DNA of 64,000 nucleotides from a plasmid: sequence record NZ_CP023526.1; one strand, 5' to 3'. Shown piece by piece: positions 36,057 to 44,824 of this stretch (position 1 is its first letter; each line of letters starts with the position of its first letter). The notes under the pieces were generated by a model. It saw only the letters and a program-made list of their open reading frames with translations, ran no database searches and was not told where the DNA came from. The position numbers and the translations under genes were made by a program.

Positions 36057-36420
36057 ATGGCACCTAAACCTGATCCTGGGCACTCGCTACAGGGAAGATC
36101 TAAAATGCTTTCCCTCGACAACGGCCCGGCGGCCAAAAGCCAGGTTTTCCAGGACATCATGCTATCGCTGGGCGTGGACTGGTTGACTCATTTACCCGCA
36201 GGGAAAAATGGTGAACAGGTGACAGCTTGCCCGACAGGGAAGGTGGGGCATCCTTTTCGAATCGTCAAAGAAGCCCACGAAACGTTGTACCATTTCCACA
36301 AACAAGAAACCGAACAGTAGGTCAATGAGTGGCTGTTACGCTATCTGCTTCACTACAATGACCAGCCACACCGTTCACAGTCTCACCCACGTCTGGAAGA
36401 CAGGCTGACCCGCTTCCCTC
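36057..36420 (+). pseudogene. rve (integrase-core) transposase C-terminal fragment of undetermined IS family, continuing past an in-frame stop
   Basis: SLDNGPAAKSQVF...DWLTHLPAGKNGEQ... then ...HYNDQPHRSQSHPRLEDRLTRF resembles the DDE-transposase C-terminal region. It is truncated at the IS66-family left end. Confidence 0.4.
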
Positions 36421-36646
36421 CGGGTAAGCATCCGGTGAACTCATATTGACAGATCCGATGGGAGCAGCCTCAGGTTTCCCCGGCAACCGTTCGTCAGGTG
36501 GTGAAGTACTGAGTGAGGTATTCCACGCGTGTGGCGCTGGAACTGAGTCAGGTAAACTATGGCGATGAAGCCTTGTGGGAAGCGGGCTTCCGCTATTTAC
36601 GGACTCAGGCGCGCAAGTCCTTAGTGCGGATATCACAAGCTTTCTG

Positions 36647-38257
36647 TCAGACTCCTTCGCGCACGAAGACGAACCCCGGCAGCGGCAGCAACGCGTCCAG
36701 GTCCTCTTCCGGCCAGCCCGGTAACCGTTGCAGAACGTTCGTCAGCCAGGCATGTGGATCAAGACCGTTCATCTTCGCTGTTTCCAGTAGACTCATGATT
36801 TTCGCGGCACGCTCACCCGCTGCAACCGAACCGGCAAAGAGCCAGCTGGAGCGTCCCATCACCACAGATCTGATGGCCCTCTCACAGCGATTATTGTCCA
36901 GGGGTAACGCACCATCCTCCAGGAAGCGACTGAGGGTCACCCGGCGTTTTAGTGCATACGCGATCGCTTTACCCAGCGCGGAGCTATCCGGGCACGCATC
37001 TTTCTGCTGCTCCAGCCAGTGCCACAACTTGTCCAGCACGGGGCGGGCATAACGCTGTCGCCATTGACGGATCTTTTCCACCGGCCGGTGTCGGACCTTC
37101 TTTTCCAGCCGGTATAACCCGGCGATCTGTCTGACCGCCATCGCGGCGCGAGGATCCTTGCTCGCCTTATAAAGGTCGGCAAAGTTTCTACGGGCATGTG
37201 CCCGGCAACCTGTTAGCGCGATCCCTCTGTTTTGCCCGGCCAGGGTTTCATAGGCCGGATATCCGTCGACCACAAGATTTCCGGCCCAGTCCTTCAGGTA
37301 TGCCGCCGGGTACACGCTACTCCTACCGGGCTGACTGTCGAAGCAGACGACAGCAGGGCCGCTTTTTTCACCGCTGACGTAAGCCCACAGGTAGCCGGCA
37401 CGGGCTTTGCCGCCCTTTTTCGTATCCAGGATTTGCAGGGGCGTTTCATCGGCATGCAGCACATCGCATGTCAGCAGCATCCAATGCAGTGATTCCGCCA
37501 GTGGCCTCAGCGCCCCCCCCGCACGGCCGATCATATCGGCCATCGTGCTGACGGGCAGATGGATATCCGAGCGGGCCAGCACCGACTGCTGGCGGTACAG
37601 GGGCATATGGTCGCAGTGCTTGCTGATCACCACCTGGGCAATGAGTGACGCCTCTGCCACACCTTTCGGGATAATGTTTGCAGGCATATCACCGCTGACC
37701 ACCCGCTGGCAGCAGATACAGCCATACTGCGGGCGAACGTACCGGTTAACCACGACGCGAGCCGGGATATATTCCAGTTTTTCGCTCACCTCATCGCGGA
37801 TGTGACGCAGTTCGCCCTGGCAGTCAGGGCAGCTTTCGGTTGAGGCCGGTTCGATAGTTTTTGTGACACGCGGGAGATGAGCCGGGAGCGGTTTTCGTGC
37901 CGGACGTTCCGGGGCTGATTGTTCTTCGGCAGGGAGCAGCGTGTCCAGTTGCGCTTCAACTGCGGCGATATCCGCATCCATATCCTCTTCGAACAGGGAG
38001 CGTTGCATACCGGCCAGTGTTTCGCCCTTTTTACCGAACCGTTGCTGGCGGGCCAGTTTCAGTGCTTCTTCCAGGAGCTGTATACGTTGCAGGAGGCTGG
38101 CATTTTTCAGGCAAAGCTTTTCATTTTCTTCATTCTCAGCCATCACTTTTTGCACCATGGCAAGTGCCAGAGTGCGAAGTTCCTCGATGTCACTGGTGGT
38201 GGTGAGAACAGAGATATCCATGCGGGTAATTATACCGCACATGGTACGGATAATCAT
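36647..38257 (-). CDS. IS66-family transposase TnpC
   Basis: N-terminal leucine-zipper/coiled coil, a zinc-finger-like CxxC...CxxC motif (CPDCQG...CICCQ), a DDE core (LHADETP), and C-terminal LPWN..LPG-type motifs. Confidence 0.85.
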   Translation of the reverse strand: MIIRTMCGIITRMDISVLTTTSDIEELRTLALAMVQKVMAENEENEKLCLKNASLLQRIQLLEEALKLARQQRFGKKGETLAGMQRSLFEEDMDADIAAVEAQLDTLLPAEEQSAPERPARKPLPAHLPRVTKTIEPASTESCPDCQGELRHIRDEVSEKLEYIPARVVVNRYVRPQYGCICCQRVVSGDMPANIIPKGVAEASLIAQVVISKHCDHMPLYRQQSVLARSDIHLPVSTMADMIGRAGGALRPLAESLHWMLLTCDVLHADETPLQILDTKKGGKARAGYLWAYVSGEKSGPAVVCFDSQPGRSSVYPAAYLKDWAGNLVVDGYPAYETLAGQNRGIALTGCRAHARRNFADLYKASKDPRAAMAVRQIAGLYRLEKKVRHRPVEKIRQWRQRYARPVLDKLWHWLEQQKDACPDSSALGKAIAYALKRRVTLSRFLEDGALPLDNNRCERAIRSVVMGRSSWLFAGSVAAGERAAKIMSLLETAKMNGLDPHAWLTNVLQRLPGWPEEDLDALLPLPGFVFVREGV

Positions 38258-38263
38258 TATTGT

Positions 38264-38665
38264 TCATAAGGTTATGTTGGTTTTTGGTGCAGATTCAGCT
38301 GCGTCCCGGGAGATCCACGTTGTGAGGTCGTGGCCTTTTACCTGTTGCCAGTCAACGCCGCTGACAAGCCAGCTGAACTCATCAGGTGTGAGGGACCAGG
38401 CGGCCTCATTTGCCCGGGGCCAGCGGAAGTGACCCTTGTGCAGGCGGCGAACGCACAGCCAGACGCCGTGCTTATCCCAGCGCAGCACCTTGATGCGCGA
38501 ACGGGCTTTATTGGTGAAGACGAAGGCAGCCCCTTCATGCCACGACGCATTGAGTTCATCCTGGACATACTGTGTCAGGGTGTCGATCCCCCGTCCCATA
38601 TCAACGGGTTTTACAGCGAGAAAGACATTCTCAGGCGTCAGCATATTTGAGAGCCCTGAAGACAT
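38264..38665 (-). CDS. IS66-family accessory protein TnpB (Orf2)
   Basis: Size and position between tnpA and tnpC. Typical motif ..VDMRRGIDTL.. (VDMGRGIDTLTQYV). Confidence 0.75.
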   Translation of the reverse strand: MSSGLSNMLTPENVFLAVKPVDMGRGIDTLTQYVQDELNASWHEGAAFVFTNKARSRIKVLRWDKHGVWLCVRRLHKGHFRWPRANEAAWSLTPDEFSWLVSGVDWQQVKGHDLTTWISRDAAESAPKTNITL

Positions 38666-38960
38666 CGGTGAGTTGCGAAGGATGGCAGCACATGCGTATC
38701 CCGCCGGGGAGAAAGAGGGTTACAGGCTCATTTACTCCAGGTGAAAAAGGTTCTGCAGGCGGCGTAGCTTCAGTGATATGTACGGGCAGCACAGCGGGTT
38801 TGCTGGCGCGTCGTTCAGCCCTGGCGACATCCTGAGGCCATTCACGAAAGGATGTGAAGGGAATATCGTTGAGTTCACAATACTGATGACGGGTAAGACC
38901 GCTGGCCCGCCAGCTGGCGACATGTTGTTTTTTCTGCTCAATGAACCATCGTTGTTTCAT
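38631..38960 (-). CDS. IS66-family accessory protein TnpA (Orf1)
   Basis: First ORF of the IS66 unit; overlaps tnpB. Length ~110 aa, as in IS66 Orf1. Confidence 0.7.
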   Translation of the reverse strand: MKQRWFIEQKKQHVASWRASGLTRHQYCELNDIPFTSFREWPQDVARAERRASKPAVLPVHITEATPPAEPFSPGVNEPVTLFLPGGIRMCCHPSQLTDVFRALKYADA

Positions 38961-39043
38961 CAGTAAACATCCTTCGTCAGTTAAAGATGCTGCTGATATT
39001 ACCCGCTGAAATAATTAAGAAAATATGAGTTCACCGGATGCTT

Positions 39044-39226
39044 ACGGTAGAGCAGGATCATCGGGGCATTAAGCGCATCACGAAATCCACGCTCGGATTT
39101 AAATCATTTGCATCTGCGGAAGCGACAATCGCGGGAGTTGAACTTCATCGGATGCTTAAAAAAGGACAGCTGGAAAACACAGGAGATACTCCAGCCTGGA
39201 AACAGTTCCTTTCGTTAGCAGCCTAA
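39044..39226 (+). pseudogene. IS6-family transposase C-terminal fragment abutting the IS66 right end
   Basis: VEQDHRGIKRITKSTLGFKSFASAEATIAGVELHRMLKKGQ matches the IS6 Tnp C-terminal motif. It starts exactly at the IS66 terminus. Confidence 0.6.
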
Positions 39227-39307
39227 TCATGTCCAGAATGAGGCACATTCCGATTTTTTAGAATATTTTCGACAAAGCCTGTTACCATCCTTTAATTTAT
39301 AAAGCAT

Positions 39308-39811
39308 TTACAACGTGGGGGGCCAATTGCCAATCATTACATGAAGCCTTTCCATTTCTTGAGCTAAAAGATAGTTTTCAGCAGGATGCCGGGATAATCC
39401 AAAATCAATTAAGTTAAATTGTCGGAGAGATTCATCAAAAAGAATGTTTGTTGATTTAAGATCGCCGTGATAAATATTCATATTGTGAATATTCTGAACC
39501 GTTGTAATTAACTGATTTCTGTCTTGTAAGGATAGCGTTGATTTATCATAAAATTGTAAACTCTCACCTGGAATTTTCCTCATCGTCATCGTCGTTCTGT
39601 TGATCATTTCAGCAGAGTCATTGCCATGCACCATTCTAAATATTCTAACTTCATCTTCCACACCAAACATAGCACCTATTCCCCGAAGCTCCTTACGAAC
39701 ATATCCATTTCCGATATCATAAACAATCCCGCCAGCCCCGACACCTAATACATTCTCGCCCACACTGCTATTACTGCTATTACGACGAAAAACCTTATTC
39801 AGCAGCACCAT
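39308..39811 (-). CDS. NleH/OspG-family minimal Ser/Thr kinase-like protein (167 aa; atypical RIO/Bud32-like kinase fold), candidate T3SS effector kinase
   Basis: Gly-rich loop VGAGGIVYD and VRK lysine. MRKIPGESL parallels NleH MNKINGEPL / OspG LRVPGTPL. Catalytic loop IYHGDLKSTNILFDE and FNLIDFGLS parallel NleH ILFVDTTETNVLYD / FNPIDISS and OspG IIHYDLNTGNMLYD / FPIDF. The N-terminus is Ser-rich and the gene is AT-rich. Confidence 0.75.
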   Translation of the reverse strand: MVLLNKVFRRNSSNSSVGENVLGVGAGGIVYDIGNGYVRKELRGIGAMFGVEDEVRIFRMVHGNDSAEMINRTTMTMRKIPGESLQFYDKSTLSLQDRNQLITTVQNIHNMNIYHGDLKSTNILFDESLRQFNLIDFGLSRHPAENYLLAQEMERLHVMIGNWPPTL

Positions 39812-39820
39812 GCGGATGAC

Positions 39821-40078
39821 TCACCAGCGCAGGGTGGCATGGTCAACGATGATGCCCCGGTCTGCCATTATCTCTTCCAGATTGCGCAGGCTCAGGGAAT
39901 ATGCCAGGTACCAGCGGACACACTGTGCGAGGATATCAATGGGATAATGCAGCCGTTTAAAGACTTTTCTGATGAGTGACACACAGAGCTCATTATGAAT
40001 TTTCGCCATGATATTTTGGTCTGACTCCTTAATGCGACATAACCCCAGCGTCGTTCTGCTATGTTTGATTTTTTTCAA
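39821..40078 (-). pseudogene. IS6-family transposase N-terminal fragment (85 codons); its stop overlaps the kinase start
   Basis: YPIDILAQCVRWYLAYSLSLRNLEEIMADRGIIVDHATLRW matches the IS26 Tnp N-terminal region (RDIILWAVRWYCKYGISYRELQEMLAERGVNVDHSTIYRW). Confidence 0.7.
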
Positions 40079-40212
40079 TAAGCAATGAGTATTTTTACGA
40101 AAGATGAACGCTCGCTTTTGTTTGACATGTGATACGTTGAAATACTTGATGACGAGAAATATTCTTACGTCATTTAGGTATTATCTATAATGATTATTAA
40201 TTGAGGTGACTT

Positions 40213-40509
40213 ATGGAAAACTCCATTCAAATATTAGATGCTGCAATTTCAAAGCTCAGACTTATCCGAACCAGTGGTGAATGTTTTGACTGCGTGGTTA
40301 ATATCTCAGGTAAAAATGAGAAAACAGAAAAAATAGAAAGTCATTTTGCTTCAGCATTTAGTATTTCTTCACAGGGACAATCTGAATTATTCAATCTTCT
40401 TTACACTGCATCTCAGGAGGGGAAAAAACTTGACTCTGTTTTACTCAGAGCAGAAGTGAGTTCTCCGGATGTCTGGGAGCTGGATGAGTTCGTTATTAAG
40501 GGGAAATAA
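40213..40509 (+). CDS. Small hypothetical protein (98 aa), paralog of 24391-24714
   Basis: See the paralog. AT-rich, with an A/T-rich upstream region. Confidence 0.5.
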   Translation: MENSIQILDAAISKLRLIRTSGECFDCVVNISGKNEKTEKIESHFASAFSISSQGQSELFNLLYTASQEGKKLDSVLLRAEVSSPDVWELDEFVIKGK

Positions 40510-40539
40510 GGGTCCTGTTGAGAGGGGGGTGCATGGATA

Positions 40540-40862
40540 GCCAAATCATTATCATCAAGGTCAGTCCATTCTGACATGCGTTAACAATGCCGCATAAACA
40601 CAACGTCAGAAAGCGTCACCGCATTCCCAAAGCAAAACGCCCCTTCACCAACCGGCCTCAATATGAAGCCGGTCTTAAACAGCGCCATAGCCTTACTCTC
40701 TGGATTACACCCGGGACTATTGCACAATGGAAGGCGCTGTCCGCACCTTGCCATTCAGGGCTGCCTGATGCTGCGTACCACCTTCCGGATAACCAGGAGA
40801 GCGATAAATCTGCACTCTGGAAGTCTGCCATTCCTGGCTCTGGCTGCAGGCTGCTCAAATAA
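40540..40862 (+). repeat. Repeat unit with embedded transposase-like ORF fragment (copy 2)
   Basis: DNA and peptide similarity (MPHKHNVRKRHRIPKAKRPFTNRPQYEAGLKQRHSLTLWITPGTIAQWK) to 24950-25281. It is joined at ~40860 to the inverted Rpn-module fragment. Confidence 0.45.
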
Positions 40863-41170
40863 GAGAGCAATATCGGGGGAAACGTTTTTGCTTCTGCGCG
40901 ATGGCCAGCCAGCGGGTGAAAAACAGATTTTCAGCCCAGGGCATGCCGGCCCCACCCTTCTGACGCGTCAGGTGAGAGAGCGCTGCGATGGCGCTCTCCG
41001 GTGACTCTGCGTCCATGCGTCACTTCTCAAGGCCCCTCTCTTCCAGTTTCTGTGCAATTGTCATAAAAATGTCCTCATGCTGCGGTGGCCGGCGGGTCAG
41101 CACCTGCAGGAATACTTCAGGTCTGGCTGTATCCCCTGTCTGCAGCATCCAGTTCATCAGGGCGACCAGA
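40863..41170 (-). pseudogene. Third, truncated copy of the Rpn-module: the Rpn C-terminal region ending prematurely in the GLEK repeat, followed by the conserved N-terminus of the Rpn-adjacent gene, then a junction into unrelated repeat DNA
   Basis: Minus-strand translation gives GLTEHLVALMNWMLQTGDTARPEVFLQVLTRRPPQHEDIFMTIAQKLEERGLEK*, then MDAESPESAIAALSHLTRQKGGAGMPWAENLFFTRWLAIAQKQKRFP, then it diverges. DNA is >85% similar to 29600-30020. Confidence 0.6.
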
Positions 41171-41440
41171 TGCTCTGTCAGCCCGGTATGCGGATCAAAA
41201 CCATTAATCTTCGCTGTGTTTCCAGCAGGCTTATGATTTTGGCTGCACGCTCACCCGCCACAATCCGACCTGCGAAGAGCCTGTTGGAGCGCCTGATAAC
41301 CGCAGATCTGATGACCCTCTCGCAGAGATTATTGCCCAGCGCTGAGCTGTCCGGGCACCCGTTTTTCTGCAACTTCAGTCATTGCCACAGCCTGCCCGGC
41401 ATAGGCCCCACATAACGCTGCCTTCACTGACGGATCTTTC
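41160..41440 (-). pseudogene. IS66-family tnpC 3' fragment (degenerate)
   Basis: It encodes ...CPDSSALGNNLCERVIRSAVIRRSNRLFAGRIVAGERAAKIISLLET, matching the TnpC C-terminus of the intact copy (DSSALGKAIAYAL...NNRCERAIRSVVMGRSSWLFAGSVAAGERAAKIMSLLETAK). Confidence 0.6.
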
Positions 41441-41665
41441 CCACTGGCCAGTGTCAGATTTGAAAAAGCACAAAATTTTTAGATTTGCTTGTGGTCAGCT
41501 ACAGGGCGATACTCATCCACGGGCAGCAGGTACCGGGCCGTTTTAGTTTACATGCGGTGGCTAAAGCGGCTTAAAAGCGGTCATTGAATCAATCTTCCCT
41601 GGACTCCAATCCGATTGAAAGTGAATGCTCGGTATCTGCTGACCTGCACAGCAAACTGCTTCTGT

Positions 41666-41742
41666 GCACTGTTAGCTCAGTTGGACAGAGCGTTGCCCTC
41701 CGGAGGCAAAGGTCGCTGGTTCAATTCCAGCACAGTGCACCA
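41666..41742 (+). tRNA. tRNA-Arg (anticodon CCG) variant, 77 nt, island-borne
   Basis: Folded by eye. Acceptor GCACTGT/ACAGTGC. D-arm GCTC-AGTTGGACA-GAGC. Anticodon arm TTGCC-CTCCGGA-GGCAA (anticodon CCG, U33, G37). Variable AGGTC. T-arm GCTGG-TTCAATT-CCAGC. Discriminator A, CCA encoded. The anticodon arm is near-identical to E. coli argX as recalled. Confidence 0.7.
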
Positions 41743-42045
41743 GGAGTGTGTAGACCTGTTTTTGTTGGGGACAGCTCTACCGGCTCGATAGTTCGGGTTC
41801 GAAAGACTAAAAAGATACGCAGATAGCGGGGAGCCAGACCCGGACCTTTACGGCCATTGTATAATGACTTTTACCTCAGCTTTCCACCACCAAGATTGAG
41901 CTGATGATACAGGTTAAATTCCTGCTGGATGATCCGGATAGCAGCTATGAGGTCTGCGATGAGACCGAATGACGTATAAAAATAGCATGAATAAGCAATT
42001 TCCTTTTGCGACCCGGCACAGAAACGGCCGGACCTTTTTAAGACA

Positions 42046-42124
42046 TTCGCATGAGCACTGAGTGGTTAACTGATATCTCCGTATCAGACCTGTCGCCATG
42101 CAACAGTGCTCAGCCGAATGTCTA
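42046..42124. repeat. Palindromic repeat, copy C (reverse complement of copy B at 33318-33400)
   Basis: GACATTCGCATGAGCACTGAGTGGTTAACTGATATCTCCGTATCAGACCTGTCGCCATGCAACAGTGCTCAGCCGAATGTC is the reverse complement of the 33318-33400 unit. Confidence 0.65.
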
Positions 42125-42779
42125 CATGGCCGATTTTTATTCTCTGATGCAAATTGATGTGGCGTTTATGTAAAACCACCTACGCTTCATTTTCTAGAAA
42201 AATACGAGCGCGGTAATGATCTTGAAAAAATGCTGATAATTGCGATAAATTTCGGGGACTTTATTAGTAATTATATAATATAGCATTATTCACAGATGAT
42301 TTTTCTTAGTGACTCGCATTTCTACGAAAAGGTGGCTGAGTAGGGTGAATAATTGCGCAAATGGTCGCTTATTCTGCTACTGATTCATAACCTGGCTGAT
42401 GATGTACGAACGCATGTTGATGCAATTCTTCGCAGACCTGCCATTTTCCCGGGGGATAAGCCTTAAATGATTGAAAGCGTATTCATAATTTAAAACGTCC
42501 TGTACGGTCGTGTCAGTACTGCGCTTTCCAGTATTGATGCCTGCAGTCTTACATTTGAATTTTTTCGATAGCGAACACGAATTTATCCTCCCGGAATTGC
42601 TCTAATTCCGCATAAAGAATATGGTTATATTGTCGCAGTGAATCCCCCTGTGCGGCGGGGCAAAATGGTTAATAGCTCCATGTGAATTAGCAGTGCGAGT
42701 CCGGTCTGACCAGCCTAAGACTCACCGGGAGGCACCCGGCACTGTGGCTACCTTACTTAATGACTGGCTTGTCAAAATC

Positions 42780-42806
42780 TCAAGGCTCACTTAAGTGAGC
42801 CTTTTT
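42780..42806 (+). terminator. Intrinsic terminator-like hairpin GGCTCACTTAAGTGAGCC followed by TTTTTTGTC
   Basis: A perfect 7-bp stem with a 4-nt loop and a T-run. It is part of a segment repeated in inverted orientation at ~32480-32575. Confidence 0.45.
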
Positions 42807-43395
42807 TGTCTCTGTTGCCCCATTGGACAAAAAATACCTGTATGTAAGCATTTGGGAAGTCACTGAACGGTAAACGCCGTTAAGCAGTCAATTTAAATAT
42901 TCATTAATTACACTTATTCATTGAACTCTCTCAGCCCTCTCACTGACGGATTCCGACACCGTAAAGGAAAAAATCCCTTGCATATTGAGGTACTACGCCA
43001 GAATCCCAGATTTTTCCGTCACTCCAGTTTCAGCCCCGTAACCAGCGCATCCAGGTCAATAATTTCATTGTTGATCTGGAAGGTGGAATGCCCGGTCAAT
43101 ACAATGTGCGGCCAGACCACCGGTGATATCTTGATCAACGCCTCAATTCCCTTTCATTACCTTCGGCTTCCAGTCGTTCCGGTATTCGCGGCAGGATCGC
43201 CGTGTTGTAATAAATGGGAGCATAAAAAAGCCAGGGCATCGATGTTTTACCATATGGCAGGTACCCCTGAAGCATCTGTCACCCGCAGGTCTGCGTGCGA
43301 CTGCCCCAAGGATTTCTATGCTCTTTTACGTTTTTACCCGTTTCCGGGGCCGAATAACCGTGCCCCGCGCGTGCATCAGTGGGGGTCTGACCGGG

Positions 43396-44238
43396 CTACT
43401 TCTTAACAGGGTCGGTCAGACCAGCCGCTTTATTGATGACCATCTGCAGCACTGCCTGGTCAGTCATGCCTGGGATCACCGTGATCGTCTCTGCAGTAGC
43501 GCCGATGGCTGGCATCACCACCAGGCCCGGCGTACCGGTGAGCCCGATGTCCGTGGCCAGCTGCCCGGTGAGGGTCAGCTCAGCCTGCACGTCCCTGTCC
43601 TTCGCTATCGCCGACGGGGCGATCTTCATGGCCCCGGCCGCAGTGCGGATATCATTCTCCGTCAGCGCCCCCTCGTTATGCCCGGTGGCATACAGTTCAT
43701 TATGGTACGCGAGGTACGCCTCTGATCCCTTCTGCTGCCAGATTTTCAGGCCTGTCTCTGCCGCCAGGCGGGAGGCAGGCCATCTGTCGCCGAAAATGGG
43801 CCACTCACGGAACACAAAGCGCACCTGCGGGTTGGCTTTCATCAGCTTCGTCAGATCCGGGGCCAGATGGCTGCAGTAAACACACTGGTAGTCGAAGAAG
43901 AGCGTCACCACCACCTTCGCATCCGCAGGACCGTAGGACGGCGCATGCGGGTCATGCAGCAGTTCAGACTGGTACGCCAGCGCCCCTTCCGTCATCGCCT
44001 TCACCGCCGCCGCTTCCTGACGGGCCTGCAAGGTCTCACTGACCTTTACCAACACCTCCGGGTGAGCAATCAGCCAGTCAGCCGCCACCGCTCCGATCCG
44101 GGCCTCTTGTTCCGGGCTGAACGGCGAGGCCGGTTTTGCCACCTCTGCGTGGGAAAAATGGCTGATTCCCTGGGCAACCACCCCACCCAGGACGCCGCTC
44201 AGCAGAATGGCTGCGGCAATGTTTGATTTTTTAAGCAT
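43396..44238 (-). CDS. Periplasmic thiol:disulfide oxidoreductase of the DsbA/DsbG (COG1651) family, CxxC = CVYC, 280 aa
   Basis: Signal peptide MLKKSNIAAAILLSGVLGGVVAQG. Thioredoxin-fold motif FFDYQCVYCSHL and the family C-terminal cis-Pro region (GLTGTPGLVV). Lies in a high-GC block. Confidence 0.8.
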   Translation of the reverse strand: MLKKSNIAAAILLSGVLGGVVAQGISHFSHAEVAKPASPFSPEQEARIGAVAADWLIAHPEVLVKVSETLQARQEAAAVKAMTEGALAYQSELLHDPHAPSYGPADAKVVVTLFFDYQCVYCSHLAPDLTKLMKANPQVRFVFREWPIFGDRWPASRLAAETGLKIWQQKGSEAYLAYHNELYATGHNEGALTENDIRTAAGAMKIAPSAIAKDRDVQAELTLTGQLATDIGLTGTPGLVVMPAIGATAETITVIPGMTDQAVLQMVINKAAGLTDPVKK

Positions 44239-44307
44239 GATGTTTCCTGTAAATAAATAATAATGTGATACCTCTGCCGGGAACCCCGGTGGCCCTGTGG
44301 GCCTTGA

Positions 44308-44604
44308 TTATTCGCGGGGCAACAGGCGGGATGACACCGACTTGCACCACTGAAAATCCTTCGTCACCGCCTCAGGCTCGGCGATATCCTTTATTTTACG
44401 GGGACGCCCGCGCGGTACTTTTCTGTATTTCGCCTGTTTCACCGCCTGCGCATGATGCGCGGCGGCTTCCTCCGCCAACTGTCGTCTCCGGGCAGATGAG
44501 AGAACATGGCCCAGCGTTCTTTCCTCCTGCGTTATCAGCGCGTTCAGCAAAAAACTTTCGTACTCCGTCAGGCCTTCCGTCAGCTGGTGATACGTGTCTG
44601 TCAT
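44308..44604 (-). CDS. Hypothetical basic protein (~98 aa) with an AT-hook-like KYRKVPRGRPRK segment, upstream of the DsbA-like gene
   Basis: Start at the ATG at 44604, with GAGGG/GGAG upstream. The longer ORF-track version (start 44835) overlaps the preceding gene. Function unknown. Confidence 0.4.
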   Translation of the reverse strand: MTDTYHQLTEGLTEYESFLLNALITQEERTLGHVLSSARRRQLAEEAAAHHAQAVKQAKYRKVPRGRPRKIKDIAEPEAVTKDFQWCKSVSSRLLPRE

Positions 44605-44824
44605 GACTTTCCCTCTCCCGTAATTTCCCGTGGCATGCTGCTGGCAGCGTGCCACTCTGGCTTCGGCGTACGCCCGCCCGCCTGCCCGCGGGGCCTGTTT
44701 CGCCACCCAGGACCAGACCCGGCGGCAGGCTTCTACCGTCCGGCCAGTTTTAGCCTCACCGCCACCAGGTCCCGCCCGCAGCGGCTGCTTATCTTCGCAC
44801 CTACCGTCAAAAGAAAGTTCCGAT

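Larger units (their letters stand above)
36424..39043 (-). mobile_element. Complete IS66-family insertion sequence (tnpA-tnpB-tnpC) with terminal inverted repeats GTAAGCATCCGGTGAACTCATATT
   Basis: Identical 24-bp IRs at 36424-36447 and 39020-39043 (inverted), beginning GTAAGC as in IS66-family ends. Three genes with IS66-family TnpA/TnpB/TnpC features lie between them. Confidence 0.85.
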
